A stretch of 42,213 nt of DNA from an uncultured bacterium (GCA_963700155.1 OY969472.1:132058-174270); one strand, 5' to 3'; shown: positions 34,354 through 42,213, counted from the first letter of the stretch. The notes: generated by a model not told the origin, from the letters alone. Made by a program: numbers and translations.

Positions 34354-34383
34354 GTTGCCCAAATTGATTCCAATTTGGGCAAC
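34354..34383 (-). terminator. rho-independent terminator downstream of the island-3 gene
   Basis: 13-bp perfect stem GTTGCCCAAATTG / CAATTTGGGCAAC. On the minus strand it is followed by TTTTGG. Confidence 0.65.
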
Positions 34384-34456
34384 TTAAAAAAAATAAAAAA
34401 AGACTCACGAGAATCTGAATTGAAAAATTTAAGCTTATATTGAAATAATTAGGCAG

Positions 34457-35031
34457 AATAGAAGCAATAGCGTTTGAGTTCAATGTATCTTCCATCCTGC
34501 TTAGGAATAAGATCAAAGGAGATTGCCGGCGATGTCAATCCAAGCCAGAGATCTCTTGCTATACTTTTCCCTGCATACAGAGTTTGGCACGCAGGTAATT
34601 TCTAAATCTCGACCTTTAATGTTGATGGGCAGCTTGACTACTCCTGATTCTACAATCTCGATAGCCCTTTTCAAAGCAGCTACGTTGATTGTGCCAGTCA
34701 TAATCAGACCGCTTAAAACCTTACTATTCATTATAACGAACTCATTTTCTGGGTTCTGACGCAAAAGGCTCACGAACCGCCGTGAGTAATCATGCGCCAT
34801 TTCTTCGGTGACTTCATCAGAGACCCAACCACCATTACAGGTGGCAATCATCGTCTCCTGGAAAAAACAGACCATTCCGGGTTCTTGATACAGCAGAACT
34901 AAATCACGAACTGACGAGCCGGACATTATTTTATTTCTCCTATGTGGAAAATAAACGAAATGGGATTGTTCCCCACCAAATTACAAATTTATATAAACTG
35001 ATGGGGAACAATCCCTGCTATTGCTTCTATT
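34457..35031 (-). mobile_element. 575-bp single-gene cassette bounded by perfect 15-bp inverted repeats (putative; mobility unproven)
   Basis: AATAGAAGCAATAGC (34457-34471) and its exact reverse complement GCTATTGCTTCTATT (35017-35031) bracket the GC-elevated ORF and its leader. No transposase present. Confidence 0.35.
34513..34926 (-). CDS. hypothetical cytoplasmic protein encoded on GC-elevated island 3
   Basis: 137-aa ORF. SD AGGAG (34937-34941) 10 nt from the ATG. Line 34801-34860 has 30/60 G+C. No signal peptide or recognised motif. Confidence 0.65.
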   Translation of the reverse strand: MSGSSVRDLVLLYQEPGMVCFFQETMIATCNGGWVSDEVTEEMAHDYSRRFVSLLRQNPENEFVIMNSKVLSGLIMTGTINVAALKRAIEIVESGVVKLPINIKGRDLEITCVPNSVCREKYSKRSLAWIDIAGNLL

Positions 35032-35084
35032 TTTAAAGAACATTAGGTATGAGCTAATCGCATCATTACCTTTATTCTATCAGT

Positions 35085-35093
35085 ATTATATCA
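35085..35093 (-). promoter_or_regulatory. extended -10 promoter (TGATATAAT) upstream of the island-3 cassette
   Basis: Perfect minus-strand TGnTATAAT 54 nt outside the right inverted repeat. Confidence 0.45.
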
Positions 35094-35160
35094 TCAATAT
35101 ATACATATTGTCATCTGATACTGGCAACAATATTATAGCAAATTCATAAAATCTGAAAAA

Positions 35161-36936
35161 TTATTTTGTTGGTACCCCTAGGTAATCTTTTATATCATTG
35201 AAAGTATCAAGCCACATAGGTCTTGCATTATAGTAAGAAAGTAAATCACCTGCTGGAATTTGAGGTCTTTCAAGTCTTAATAGCATAATAAAAGTATGTT
35301 GATCTGAAGCATCGAATCCAACATAAGTCGCATTAATATCATTAGAATAACCAGTAGAATTAGCAATTAAAGCAGTTCCTGATTTTACTGCAATATCATA
35401 TTTATTTAGATCCCAATAATACCATTCATCAAGGGCATCAGAATAATATTTTCTCATCATATCTGTAACTTCATTCGCTGTTTTTTTACTAACAGTTCTT
35501 CCAACAACAACAGGATTATAGTCTTTAACAGTTCCATCTGACTCTTCCACCTTAGTAACTATCATAGGCTTCATTCTGATACCCCCCATTGCGATTGAAG
35601 CAGCTGCCTCGGTTGCCTGGACTGTATTTAATAAATATCCATGACCATATGAGAAAGCAGCAACATCACCAATTGTCCAATTTTCATAATCTTTCAGTGG
35701 TCCATAAGATTCTCCACTCAAATCAATTCCGCTAGGAACCCCTATACCAAATTTAGCTAAATAATCATAAAAATCTTTTCTATCTAACTTAAGAGCAACA
35801 TGATAAAAACATATATTATCTGAAAGAACAAAACATTTCCATAAAGGCATTGGCGGCTGGGGCTTTTTATCCCAGGTGCAAATTGGTTGAAGATCGTTAC
35901 TGATTTTTTCACATCCTTGATGCCCATTCGGTAAGATTATTGTATCCGGAGTCACAACTCCAAGTTCAATTGCTGCACTGGAAGTAAATATTTTTCCAAC
36001 TGATCCGATTTCATAAGGAGATGTAATACCTAAATCACCATATGCATTAGGATCTTTTTCTGACCTAGTATTTGGATCATAATCAGGGTAATTTGCTAAT
36101 GCAATTATTCTTCCAGTCTTAGGATCCATAACTACGATACTTCCTGATTTAGCTTGATATTTTTCTACTCCATTTTTCAAATCTTTTTGAATAATCTTTT
36201 GAATTTGTTCATCAATTGATGTATAGATATTGCTTCCATTTTTTGGTTCAATAGTTGGCAATAGTTCATTGGTTACAGCCTGTCCTCTAGCATCATTTTC
36301 TTGGATAACATAACCTTTTACAGGGTTAAGCATATCATTATAATTTCCTTCAAGACCTCCAACTCCTATAACCTGATCTTTATAAGTATTTGTTAATCCT
36401 AAAACATGAGCAGCTAAATTACCCTCTGGATAAATTCTTTTTGAAGTAAATTCTGCATCTACTCCTTTAATATTAAAATCAGGATATTTATCTGATTTTA
36501 AGTTCTGAATTTCCTGCCATTGTCCTATTGTGATCTCTTTTGCTATTGGAATTCTTTGAACACCATCTTGAATATATTTATTTATTGTTTTTGTAAGATC
36601 ATCTTGCTTAACTTTTATTATTGAAGCGATTTTTGAAATAAATTCATCTCTTGTTTGAAGCTTTTGTTGTTCAAAAAATTCAAGATCAGGAAGCCAAATA
36701 TATACGTTAACTCTTGGTTCTGAATAAGCCAAAGTACTTCCGTCATCTGAATAAATAGAACCTCTAACTGAATCAATTTCTGAACTTTGAACTCTACTAT
36801 TAGCAATTTGAGTAAACTTTGACCCTTCTACAACGTTCCATCTGACAAGAAAAAATAGTAAGAGTAATGTAAAGAGGATTACTATGAAATGAATTATTTT
36901 AATCTTCCCGAAAATTTCAGGTTTTGAAAGTTTCAT
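35161..36936 (-). CDS. ftsI: class B penicillin-binding protein (FtsI/PBP2-type transpeptidase)
   Basis: N-terminal TM. SxxK (SVGK in EIGSVGKIF), SxN (SDN) and KSG (KSGTA) motifs. Position after ftsL in the dcw block. Confidence 0.85.
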   Translation of the reverse strand: MKLSKPEIFGKIKIIHFIVILFTLLLLFFLVRWNVVEGSKFTQIANSRVQSSEIDSVRGSIYSDDGSTLAYSEPRVNVYIWLPDLEFFEQQKLQTRDEFISKIASIIKVKQDDLTKTINKYIQDGVQRIPIAKEITIGQWQEIQNLKSDKYPDFNIKGVDAEFTSKRIYPEGNLAAHVLGLTNTYKDQVIGVGGLEGNYNDMLNPVKGYVIQENDARGQAVTNELLPTIEPKNGSNIYTSIDEQIQKIIQKDLKNGVEKYQAKSGSIVVMDPKTGRIIALANYPDYDPNTRSEKDPNAYGDLGITSPYEIGSVGKIFTSSAAIELGVVTPDTIILPNGHQGCEKISNDLQPICTWDKKPQPPMPLWKCFVLSDNICFYHVALKLDRKDFYDYLAKFGIGVPSGIDLSGESYGPLKDYENWTIGDVAAFSYGHGYLLNTVQATEAAASIAMGGIRMKPMIVTKVEESDGTVKDYNPVVVGRTVSKKTANEVTDMMRKYYSDALDEWYYWDLNKYDIAVKSGTALIANSTGYSNDINATYVGFDASDQHTFIMLLRLERPQIPAGDLLSYYNARPMWLDTFNDIKDYLGVPTK

Positions 36937-36937
36937 C

Positions 36938-37267
36938 TTAGTTTACTTTTACAGCTAAGCCGTCAAAGTTTGCATCATCAACAAAAGTGGTTGTCTTTTG
37001 TACTAAATCATATTTCTTAATTACTGTTTTTGTAGAAGCATAAGTTTTAGCTTTATCAATTTCAGATTCTAAATATTTGTTTTCTTGTCTTACTGTATCT
37101 TTTTGACTTCTTGTTAAATCGATTTCCTGGGTTTTTGTTCCGTATCTTGAAGTAATTATAATCTGTACAGCAAAAAAAGCCATCAAAAGAAAGATGTTAA
37201 TCATAAATAATTTCTTATTTATGCTTTTAAAATTTATATTTTTTGTATCAAAATTTCCTGCTTTCAT
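36938..37267 (-). CDS. ftsL: cell division protein FtsL-like (single TM + coiled coil)
   Basis: 109 aa. TM at MINIFLLMAFFAVQIIITS followed by a helical region. Located between rsmH and ftsI, with a 4-nt overlap with rsmH. Confidence 0.6.
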   Translation of the reverse strand: MKAGNFDTKNINFKSINKKLFMINIFLLMAFFAVQIIITSRYGTKTQEIDLTRSQKDTVRQENKYLESEIDKAKTYASTKTVIKKYDLVQKTTTFVDDANFDGLAVKVN

Positions 37268-38244
37268 TTATTAATTATTATTTTTTTAATACCAAATAAT
37301 TTTGCACTTCTAGAATTAATATTGTTCCTTAATTCATCAACAGTCGGTGTAAAAAATTTATTATCAAATTTTTTAGTTAAATAACTCGCTTCACCAGCTT
37401 TAACTTCTTTATCAAAAAACTCTTCGGCCAATTTTGATTCACCTGAATGAAAAGTGATTATTAAAAACTTCCCATTTATTTTTAAACTTTCAAAACCAGA
37501 ATTTAATATATCACTTAAGTTAATCATCTCTTGATTAACTGCGATTCTTAAAGCTTGAAATACTTTTGAATATATTGAATTTTTATTCTTAGTATTTTTA
37601 AATACTTTGTCGATAATTTCTGTTAAATCACTAACAGTTTTAAAGAGTTTCTGATTCCTTTTTCTTATAATCTCAGATACTAATTGCTCGTTTAGCTTAC
37701 CGTAAATATCAGAGTATTCTTTAAACATAACACTTAGTTCTTTCTTATTAAGAGCATTCAGTAAATCAGATGCTTTAACTCCTAGATTTTCATCAAATCT
37801 CATGTCAAGATCATTATTTTGACCTTCATATGACAATCCCTCTATATTCTCTAACTGATCTGTTGACCAACCTAAATCAACTAATATGCCATCGAGGTTA
37901 TTTTTATGCTCTTCTAATAAATACTGATTTAATTTAGTGAAGTTATCATTAACAATAGTTACTTTATTGCGGCCATTCCCTAAAGAAAATTTTGAAACGT
38001 TCTTGATTTTTTCTAATTCGTTTTTATCAGAATCTTCTTTATATCCCAAGTTTTTTATTTCATTTTCAAAATTTTCAATTGCAGATTTATCAAGATCAAA
38101 AACATAAAGAAAACCACTATTCAAATTTTCTAATATTTTCAGGGAATGGCCGCCACTTCCTAAAGTCAAATCGGCATAAATCCCATTGGTATTAATTTGT
38201 AAAAGATCGATTGCTTCGTTTAAAAAAACTGTTATATGTTTCAT
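37264..38244 (-). CDS. rsmH: 16S rRNA (cytosine1402-N4)-methyltransferase RsmH
   Basis: HITVFLNEAIDLL, SAM motif DLTLGSGGHS, DLGWSTDQL. Position after mraZ. Confidence 0.9.
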   Translation of the reverse strand: MKHITVFLNEAIDLLQINTNGIYADLTLGSGGHSLKILENLNSGFLYVFDLDKSAIENFENEIKNLGYKEDSDKNELEKIKNVSKFSLGNGRNKVTIVNDNFTKLNQYLLEEHKNNLDGILVDLGWSTDQLENIEGLSYEGQNNDLDMRFDENLGVKASDLLNALNKKELSVMFKEYSDIYGKLNEQLVSEIIRKRNQKLFKTVSDLTEIIDKVFKNTKNKNSIYSKVFQALRIAVNQEMINLSDILNSGFESLKINGKFLIITFHSGESKLAEEFFDKEVKAGEASYLTKKFDNKFFTPTVDELRNNINSRSAKLFGIKKIIINK

Positions 38245-38282
38245 AAAAACTCTTTAGTGTTTATTATTATTTGGAATTAAGG

Positions 38283-38708
38283 TTAGGAGCCAGACAATCT
38301 TTCGGCGATATCAGAAACATTTTCACCTAAACTATCTAGTTTATCCTGCCATTTTTGCTCATTCCAAATTTCAATCCATTCTCCAACCCCCAAAAAAACT
38401 ATTCCTTGTTCAATACCTGCAAAGTTCTTTAAAGATTCGGGCAGGACGAACCTGCCCTGGGAGTCATATTCAACTTCAACTGCTCCTCCAATAATAAATC
38501 TTTTTGTATCCCGTACACCTAAAGAGAGTAAAGGTTTTTTATTTATTTCTTCTACCAACGAGTCCCATCTTTGACTATCTACTAAGATTAAACATCTTTC
38601 ATAACCTCTTGTAACAATGACTTTACCATTTAAAAAATCTCTTAATTTTTTTGGAATTGACAACCTATTCTTTTCTCCTAATTGCGTATAAAACTCACCT
38701 ATTAACAT
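38283..38708 (-). CDS. mraZ: transcriptional regulator MraZ
   Basis: MLIGEFYTQLGEKNRLSIPKKLR and a second half-domain with DSQGRFVLPESL (duplicated SpoVT/AbrB-like units). 141 aa. Confidence 0.9.
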   Translation of the reverse strand: MLIGEFYTQLGEKNRLSIPKKLRDFLNGKVIVTRGYERCLILVDSQRWDSLVEEINKKPLLSLGVRDTKRFIIGGAVEVEYDSQGRFVLPESLKNFAGIEQGIVFLGVGEWIEIWNEQKWQDKLDSLGENVSDIAERLSGS

Positions 38709-38842
38709 GTGAAAGTAGCTAAAGCAGATAAAATTCTATTTAAGTTAAATAGCATCAGCAAAAATAGTTAAAAGTGCATTTTTACTAATCTTTGAAATCT
38801 TGTAAATAATGAACATATTATTTACTTAATTTTTTATAATTT

Positions 38843-38871
38843 CTTCCACTTTTCACCACTTTCTACCATTT
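38843..38871 (-). promoter_or_regulatory. MraZ operator: three direct A(A/G)TGG(T/A) boxes with exact 10-nt periodicity
   Basis: The minus-sense sequence reads AAATGGTAGAAAGTGGTGAAAAGTGGAAGAA, with TGG at 10-nt intervals, immediately downstream of the -10 box. Confidence 0.6.
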
Positions 38872-38900
38872 ATATTAAGTTCTTATAAATCTGATGTCAA
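38872..38900 (-). promoter_or_regulatory. dcw (mraZ) promoter
   Basis: Minus strand: TTGACA (38900-38895), 17-nt spacer, TAATAT (38877-38872). Confidence 0.55.
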
Positions 38901-38950
38901 GAGAAAAAATAGAAAATTTTATAAAATTTATACATTATTGGGGGATTTAT

Positions 38951-40927
38951 CTAATCTATTTTCCAGTCAGCAATATTTCTAAATCTATCTTCCATGTTTG
39001 AAACATTCATCAAATTTATTTTCTCAATCGAAGAGTGAGTATAGTAAATAAATTGAGGATGATAAAGGAATATTGCTGGAGCATCTGCAGCTATTAAATC
39101 TTGAACTTCATAATAATCTTTTTTACGATCTTCTTTTGCTGAAACTGGGTCAAAACTTCTAGCTTGTTCTAAAAGCTTATCAACTTTAGGTAATGTTACC
39201 AAACTGCTCTCACCTGCTTTACGATTCTCTCTTGGTTTTACAGTTTCCACACTACCAATATAAGACGAAATGTTTAATTTTGGATATTCAGTCTGACTAC
39301 TGTCAAATAACTCAAATCTATCAGGATCAATAAAGGTATTTACTCCGTAAAGAACCATATCAAATAACCTTGGAGCAAGTATTTGATTGCTTAACTCATC
39401 TAAACTCCAACCGCTAGGAGCATCTTCAGAGCTATCTTGACCAGGCTGTTGCCTTCTATCTATAATTACATTTACTCCTATTTCTTCTAAATCTTTTTTA
39501 ATGGTTCTAGCAACACTTTCTCTGTCATAAGTATCTACAAAATAAAGGGAGAATGATAGCTCATTACCTTTTTTATCGGTTCTATATTTATTTCCATCTT
39601 TCAAAGTCCATCCTGCTGAGTCCAGTAACTTTTTAGCAGTTTTAATGTTATATCTATACCATTTAGTATCTGGATTAAAATAATATGATTTCGAATTTAT
39701 CGGACCTATAGCCTCTTCACCAACATCTTGAAGTGCATTTTGAATAATTTCATCTCGGTTTATTGCTGATGAAATTGCTTGTCTAACTTTAACATCACCA
39801 AAAAAACTTGGTCCTATATAATTCCCCTTTGGATCTTTTCGAAGGTTGAAATAAAGTGCCCAATACTGGCTATATAAAACCGGGCTTAGATTTTCTTTTA
39901 TTTGTGAATAATCATTAAGCTGGGATAAATATTCTATAGAATTAGAGGCTAAAGAATGGACTTCACCATTCTGTAAAGCTTCTACAGCCTCGCTTAGTGT
40001 TTTATAATATTTGAAAACAATGTTAGTTATCTGCGGCTTAGTACCTAAGTAATAATCAGTGTTGTATTGTACTGAAACTGTATAATCATCTGCACCAGTA
40101 AATTTATACATACCAGTTCCAACTGGAGACCTATACAACTCAGGAGTAGATGTATTAAATGTGGCAGCATTAATATCTTGTATTTTATGCGCTGGTAAAA
40201 TTTTAACGCTAATAAGCTCTAGAAAGTTAGAAAAAATCGGTTTGTTTTTTACTTCATCACAAGAATTTTCTTTTCCGGTAACTTTTGTACATACTCTTAC
40301 TGAGTATTTGTCAATTTTATCCCACCGTAACTGTTTGAAGGTGTTTACATAAGTGTTAGTAGATTCAGGTAAAGATGCGATTAAATTAAAAGTTGCAATA
40401 ACATCATCTGCTGTAAAATCGACTCCATCCTGCCATTTTACATTAGTTCTAAGATCAAATTGATAATCAGCTCCAGCTTGTATTAATACAACCTTTTTTG
40501 CTAAAACTTCAGTAACTTTTGTATCCCATTTCCCCTTAGAACCTTGCACAAATTCATATCGTACAAGCGGTTCGTAAATCAATTCTGTTAAATCTTTCTC
40601 AAGCTGAATATTTGTAGGAATTAGTGGATTTACTTTATTTATTTTTTGAATTTTTCCTGAACTATCTGTGCCCATTACAACTGCTTCAAGCAAAGTGTTA
40701 TTTTCTGCACTAACAACATTCTTTCCACTAGTAGTAAACAAAAAGAAAATTCCACCTAAAGCAACAATTATTGCAAGAATGAAATGTGAATAAGGAATTG
40801 CGTAGTTATATAAATTTAGACCAATTACCTTGAGTGAACTTCTACCTAATAAAATATCAGGATAATTCCAGAAAGAATCTCTAATACCATAAAGTATTTT
40901 TTCAATTAATTCGAAAATCTTAAGCAT
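38951..40927 (-). CDS. ABC transporter substrate-binding protein, family 5 (peptide/nickel type), membrane-anchored
   Basis: N-terminal TM anchor. VKWQDGVDFTADDVIATF-type family-5 motif. About 650 aa. No cognate permease genes in the window. Confidence 0.7.
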   Translation of the reverse strand: MLKIFELIEKILYGIRDSFWNYPDILLGRSSLKVIGLNLYNYAIPYSHFILAIIVALGGIFFLFTTSGKNVVSAENNTLLEAVVMGTDSSGKIQKINKVNPLIPTNIQLEKDLTELIYEPLVRYEFVQGSKGKWDTKVTEVLAKKVVLIQAGADYQFDLRTNVKWQDGVDFTADDVIATFNLIASLPESTNTYVNTFKQLRWDKIDKYSVRVCTKVTGKENSCDEVKNKPIFSNFLELISVKILPAHKIQDINAATFNTSTPELYRSPVGTGMYKFTGADDYTVSVQYNTDYYLGTKPQITNIVFKYYKTLSEAVEALQNGEVHSLASNSIEYLSQLNDYSQIKENLSPVLYSQYWALYFNLRKDPKGNYIGPSFFGDVKVRQAISSAINRDEIIQNALQDVGEEAIGPINSKSYYFNPDTKWYRYNIKTAKKLLDSAGWTLKDGNKYRTDKKGNELSFSLYFVDTYDRESVARTIKKDLEEIGVNVIIDRRQQPGQDSSEDAPSGWSLDELSNQILAPRLFDMVLYGVNTFIDPDRFELFDSSQTEYPKLNISSYIGSVETVKPRENRKAGESSLVTLPKVDKLLEQARSFDPVSAKEDRKKDYYEVQDLIAADAPAIFLYHPQFIYYTHSSIEKINLMNVSNMEDRFRNIADWKID

Positions 40928-41153
40928 TTAAGACAGCTATTGCTATAGCTAATATTGCAAAAATAATTCCTAAGACAATGGTGGAATTATAAAGAATCGC
41001 TTCCATTCCTCTTTTCGATCTATAAAACTCTCCACCACTAAAACCTCCGAATACTGTACCTAAACCCCCACTTCTATTCTGCATTAAAATTGAGATCGTT
41101 AATAAAACCGAATCAATGATTAAAGCGTATTTCAAAATATCTACTAGTGACAT
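40920..41153 (-). CDS. secG: preprotein translocase subunit SecG
   Basis: 77 aa, two TM helices with the Gly-rich loop QNRSGGLGTVFGG. Confidence 0.8.
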   Translation of the reverse strand: MSLVDILKYALIIDSVLLTISILMQNRSGGLGTVFGGFSGGEFYRSKRGMEAILYNSTIVLGIIFAILAIAIAVLNA

Positions 41154-41198
41154 TGTGCTAAATATTAAATTTAATGACTAAATTTTAACAGAAAAAAC

Positions 41199-41627
41199 TT
41201 AATATGACGAATAAGATGAAGACCTTTTCCTTTTCTTATTAAGCATTTTTATTCCTACTGCTAACCCGGCTGCAACAATTCCAACAATCAGCAATGCAAC
41301 ACTCTTATCTACTAAACTTACAGGTTCAATAACTGGTATTTTAGGATCGAAAATATATCCTTTGATATCAACAAAACTGAACATATAATAGCCTAAAAAG
41401 AAGAACAAGAAAGCTAAACCTGAACCAATAACAAATTCCGAAACTTCAGTAATTGGGATTTTAAAGAAAAGTAATATATGCGGAATTGTATACATTAAAC
41501 CAGCAAAAATACTAGCATATACTAACCTTTCATAAAATGAGCCTCCTATGCTCAAAATAGAATTAAAAAGCTCTTCTACAAAGAAAAATATCAAAATATT
41601 AACTATAAATGTGTGGAGGTTTTTCAT
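41199..41627 (-). CDS. hypothetical membrane protein (4 TM, basic/Ser-rich tail)
   Basis: 142-aa ORF. 4-nt overlap with the ftsX stop. Confidence 0.55.
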   Translation of the reverse strand: MKNLHTFIVNILIFFFVEELFNSILSIGGSFYERLVYASIFAGLMYTIPHILLFFKIPITEVSEFVIGSGLAFLFFFLGYYMFSFVDIKGYIFDPKIPVIEPVSLVDKSVALLIVGIVAAGLAVGIKMLNKKRKRSSSYSSY

Positions 41628-42213
41628 CTAATATATCTTTTAATTGAAATAAAGCTTATTAATGATCCTAATAAGAAACCAAATAAACTAATTAGAGCAA
41701 TTATTCCAACCCAGCCCAATGTACTAATCTGCGGCCACGGCAACATACTAAAGTTTTCGAACACAAACCTAGATATTGCTGAAGTATTGTTCAGAACGAA
41801 TACTACAAATAATGTTCCAACTATCATTAAACTTGAGAACAAAGCACCGATAAATCCATAAAACCCTCCCTCAAGTATATATGGAGCTCTTATAAAGAAT
41901 AGACTTCCACCAACAAGTTGCATAACTCCTATTTCTTCCATCTGATTATATAATCTGAACTCTACTGTCATAAATGTAAAGAAGAATATAACAATAAAAA
42001 GCAATGTAATTACAACAATTCCTGCAATCCTCAAAGAAAGTAGCACTTGCCTTAATTGATCTAGATTTTCATCGTCGACCCTTAGTGTAATTGGTGGTTT
42101 TGTTGGATCCTCTGAATACTTATATGTAACAGGATAAGATGCAGGAGTTTCTGAAGTAGCAGCTACACTTTTAGAATCTTTTGATGATGTCGTAGATTTA
42201 CTTGTTTTTGTTG
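41624..42213 (-). CDS. ftsX: FtsX-like permease (5'-partial; continues beyond the right window edge)
   Basis: The C-terminal three-TM FtsX-type domain contains MQLVGGSLFFIRAPYILEGGFYGFIGALFS. I re-translated 42047-42211 and the frame stays open (..TKTSKSTTSSKDSKSVAATSETPASYPVTYKYSEDPTKPPITLRVDDENLDQLRQV..), so the GTG at 42046 in the track is not the true start. Confidence 0.7.
   Translation of the reverse strand, partial: TKTSKSTTSSKDSKSVAATSETPASYPVTYKYSEDPTKPPITLRVDDENLDQLRQVLLSLRIAGIVVITLLFIVIFFFTFMTVEFRLYNQMEEIGVMQLVGGSLFFIRAPYILEGGFYGFIGALFSSLMIVGTLFVVFVLNNTSAISRFVFENFSMLPWPQISTLGWVGIIALISLFGFLLGSLISFISIKRYIR

Noticed and set aside
34283-34516. 77-aa TTG-initiated ORF immediately after the island-3 gene.
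   Set aside because: It runs through the left inverted repeat, an A/T homopolymer tract and the 13-bp terminator stem. It has a non-ATG start, no SD, and a low-complexity hydrophobic translation.
34445-35047. Target-site duplication flanking the inverted-repeat-bounded cassette (ATTAGG on both sides).
   Set aside because: The two ATTAGG copies are at different offsets from the repeat ends (3 nt versus 10 nt) and are short and AT-rich, so they do not form a convincing TSD.
1-42213. CRISPR arrays, cas genes, restriction-modification or toxin-antitoxin pairs, diversity-generating retroelements, prophage or transposase genes.
   Set aside because: No spaced direct-repeat array is present. The only short phased repeats are the three 10-nt MraZ boxes (38843-38871). 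None of the translated ORFs shows nuclease, RT, integrase or transposase signatures that I can recognise.
1-42213. Alternative genetic code (UGA recoding, as in some CPR lineages).
   Set aside because: Long uninterrupted ORFs with recognisable full-length domains are obtained under the standard code, and TGA is used as a terminal stop (for example 28885-28887 and 34513-34515).

Overview
This is an AT-rich window: an ordinary 60-nt line (13081-13140) has 15/60 G+C. It looks like a compact, membrane- and surface-protein-heavy bacterial genome. The style resembles Patescibacteria/CPR or another small Gram-positive-type genome, but that is inference only, because no homology search was possible. 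All product calls rest on motifs I could read in the supplied translations.

Recognisable content:
- tRNA-Gln(UUG) and tRNA-Glu(CUC).
- A sortase-headed operon with three tandem paralogues of an unknown two-TM protein plus an 82-aa sorting-signal-like protein.
- A surface-glycan locus (flippase, large GT-C-like membrane protein, GT4 glycosyltransferase).
- A TasA/camelysin-like subunit followed by a SipW-type signal peptidase.
- A stand-alone LigD 3'-phosphoesterase domain.
- An 1104-aa NHL-repeat/Ig-like-repeat/dockerin protein.
- An MFS transporter, a VOC-fold protein and an ABC-2 exporter pair.
- nusA, a WecA/TagO-like transferase, lemA and trhO.
- A short dcw block (mraZ-rsmH-ftsL-ftsI) with a readable MraZ operator.
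- A family-5 solute-binding protein, secG and a partial ftsX.

No rRNA, CRISPR array, cas gene, transposase, integrase or reverse transcriptase is visible.

Observations most worth follow-up:
1. The sortase / triplicated-paralogue / mini-substrate operon.
2. Three single-gene GC-rich islands with canonical Shine-Dalgarno sites, in a genome whose native genes mostly lack them. One island is bracketed by perfect 15-bp inverted repeats.
3. The TasA-SipW fibre-like module.
4. A structured, relatively GC-rich nusA upstream region, and a degenerate tRNA-Glu-like element.
5. A recurring TGnTATAAT box 6-8 nt from start codons, which implies leaderless mRNAs.
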